From the NCBI GenBank assembly GCA_037444445.1, contig JBBIMK010000011.1, positions 1 through 32,000 of the forward strand: DNA of 32,000 nucleotides. The letters are read 5' to 3'. The stretch is from a bacterium. GTDB taxonomy: Bacteria; UBP7; UBA6624; JBBIMK01. A program made the position numbers and the translations under genes. Positions 31,672-32,000 of this stretch are shown here, in pieces; positions within the stretch are counted from its first letter, which is position 1, and each line of letters begins with the position of its first letter. The notes under the pieces were generated by a model. The model made no database searches, was not told the DNA's origin, and saw only the letters and a list, made by a program, of their open reading frames with translations.

Positions 31672-31856
31672 GCCTCCTGCGAGATGGATTGAGTCTGGCA
31701 GGTCTCCCGGCTCCCGGTTCAGTCTACTGGCGGCGCCTTCCCACCCCGATTTTTCAGGGCAGTGGCATCTTGCCGCTTTCGTCCCCGGACACGGTGGCAG
31801 GGGCCACCCTCGCTTTCACGAGGTTCCCTTTTCAGGCTATTGCCACCAGACCCTCA
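31672..31856 (-). promoter_or_regulatory. cobalamin (B12) riboswitch in the 5' leader of the lipoprotein gene
   Basis: The minus strand reads GGTGAGGGTCTGGTGGCAATAGCCTGAAAAGGGAACCTCGTGAAAGCGAGG..GCCCCTGCCACCGTG...GATGCCACTGCCC...GGTGGGAAGGCGCC...AGCCGGGAGACCTGCC. It therefore has the AAxAGGGAA-GTGAAA core, GCCACTG, GGGAAGGC and a B12-box (AGCCGGGAGACCTGCC). The SD AGGAGG sits in the loop of the hairpin TCTCGC/GCGAGA just before the ATG. Confidence 0.8.
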
Positions 31857-31862
31857 CCGCAA

Positions 31863-31871
31863 ATTATAGCA
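31863..31871 (-). promoter_or_regulatory. extended -10 promoter TGCTATAAT for the riboswitch-lipoprotein transcript
   Basis: The minus strand reads TGCTATAAT, immediately upstream of the riboswitch P1 region. Confidence 0.5.
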
Positions 31872-32000
31872 TAAAAAACTGAACCCTCCGCGCCAGACAA
31901 TCCAGTGTGCTTTTATTCTTCATGATTATAGGGTTCCATTTCCCTCCAGATGGTTCAGGAGGGATTGATAAGGCGGGGGGAGAGGGATTTGAAATTTCAT

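Noticed and set aside
1-32000. A search for CRISPR arrays, rRNA/tRNA genes, transposases, integrases and phage genes.
   Set aside because: I found no regularly spaced direct repeats, no cloverleaf-compatible sequences in intergenic regions, and no DDE/tyrosine/serine recombinase-like ORFs in the six-frame track.

Overview
This is a bacterial chromosomal window. Genes are tightly packed and Shine-Dalgarno-led, promoters are sigma70-type (TTGACA / TGnTATAAT), lipoproteins carry lipoboxes, and G+C is roughly one half by eye. The phylum cannot be determined from the sequence alone.

Content in order:
- A partial nucleotidyltransferase plus small-protein pair, next to a truncated DUF3788-like relic.
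- Aspartate ammonia-lyase, a DoxX protein, and an AhpD/CMD-type peroxidase-related protein.
- A MerR regulator with a CxxC thioredoxin-like protein, a small lipoprotein, and a cold-shock protein.
- A RocB-like M20 peptidase translationally coupled to a COG2403 / cyclic-2,3-diphosphoglycerate-synthetase-like P-loop protein.
- An MNT-HepT toxin-antitoxin cassette whose HepT is frameshifted and has lost its catalytic Arg. The cassette is flanked by a duplicated promoter/5' gene end.
- A 785-aa polytopic membrane-HExxH-TPR protein and a LarA-type racemase homologue.
- The most unusual part, a block of about 8 kb (13.8-21.7 kb). It holds a soluble barrel-sandwich-hybrid/KOW-like protein followed by two tandem, diverged copies of a four-gene integral-membrane module (A-B-C-D, A-B-C-D). 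I cannot assign the module to any characterised family.
- An AT-rich decayed restriction-modification remnant bracketed by inverted repeats.
- Membrane proteins, a URO-D family enzyme, and NfeD-flotillin.
- sdhCDA without sdhB.
- A cobalamin riboswitch controlling a lone beta-propeller lipoprotein.

I saw no rRNA, tRNA, CRISPR array, transposase or integrase. All motif and identity statements are by-eye readings of the sequence and the supplied ORF track; no database search was possible.
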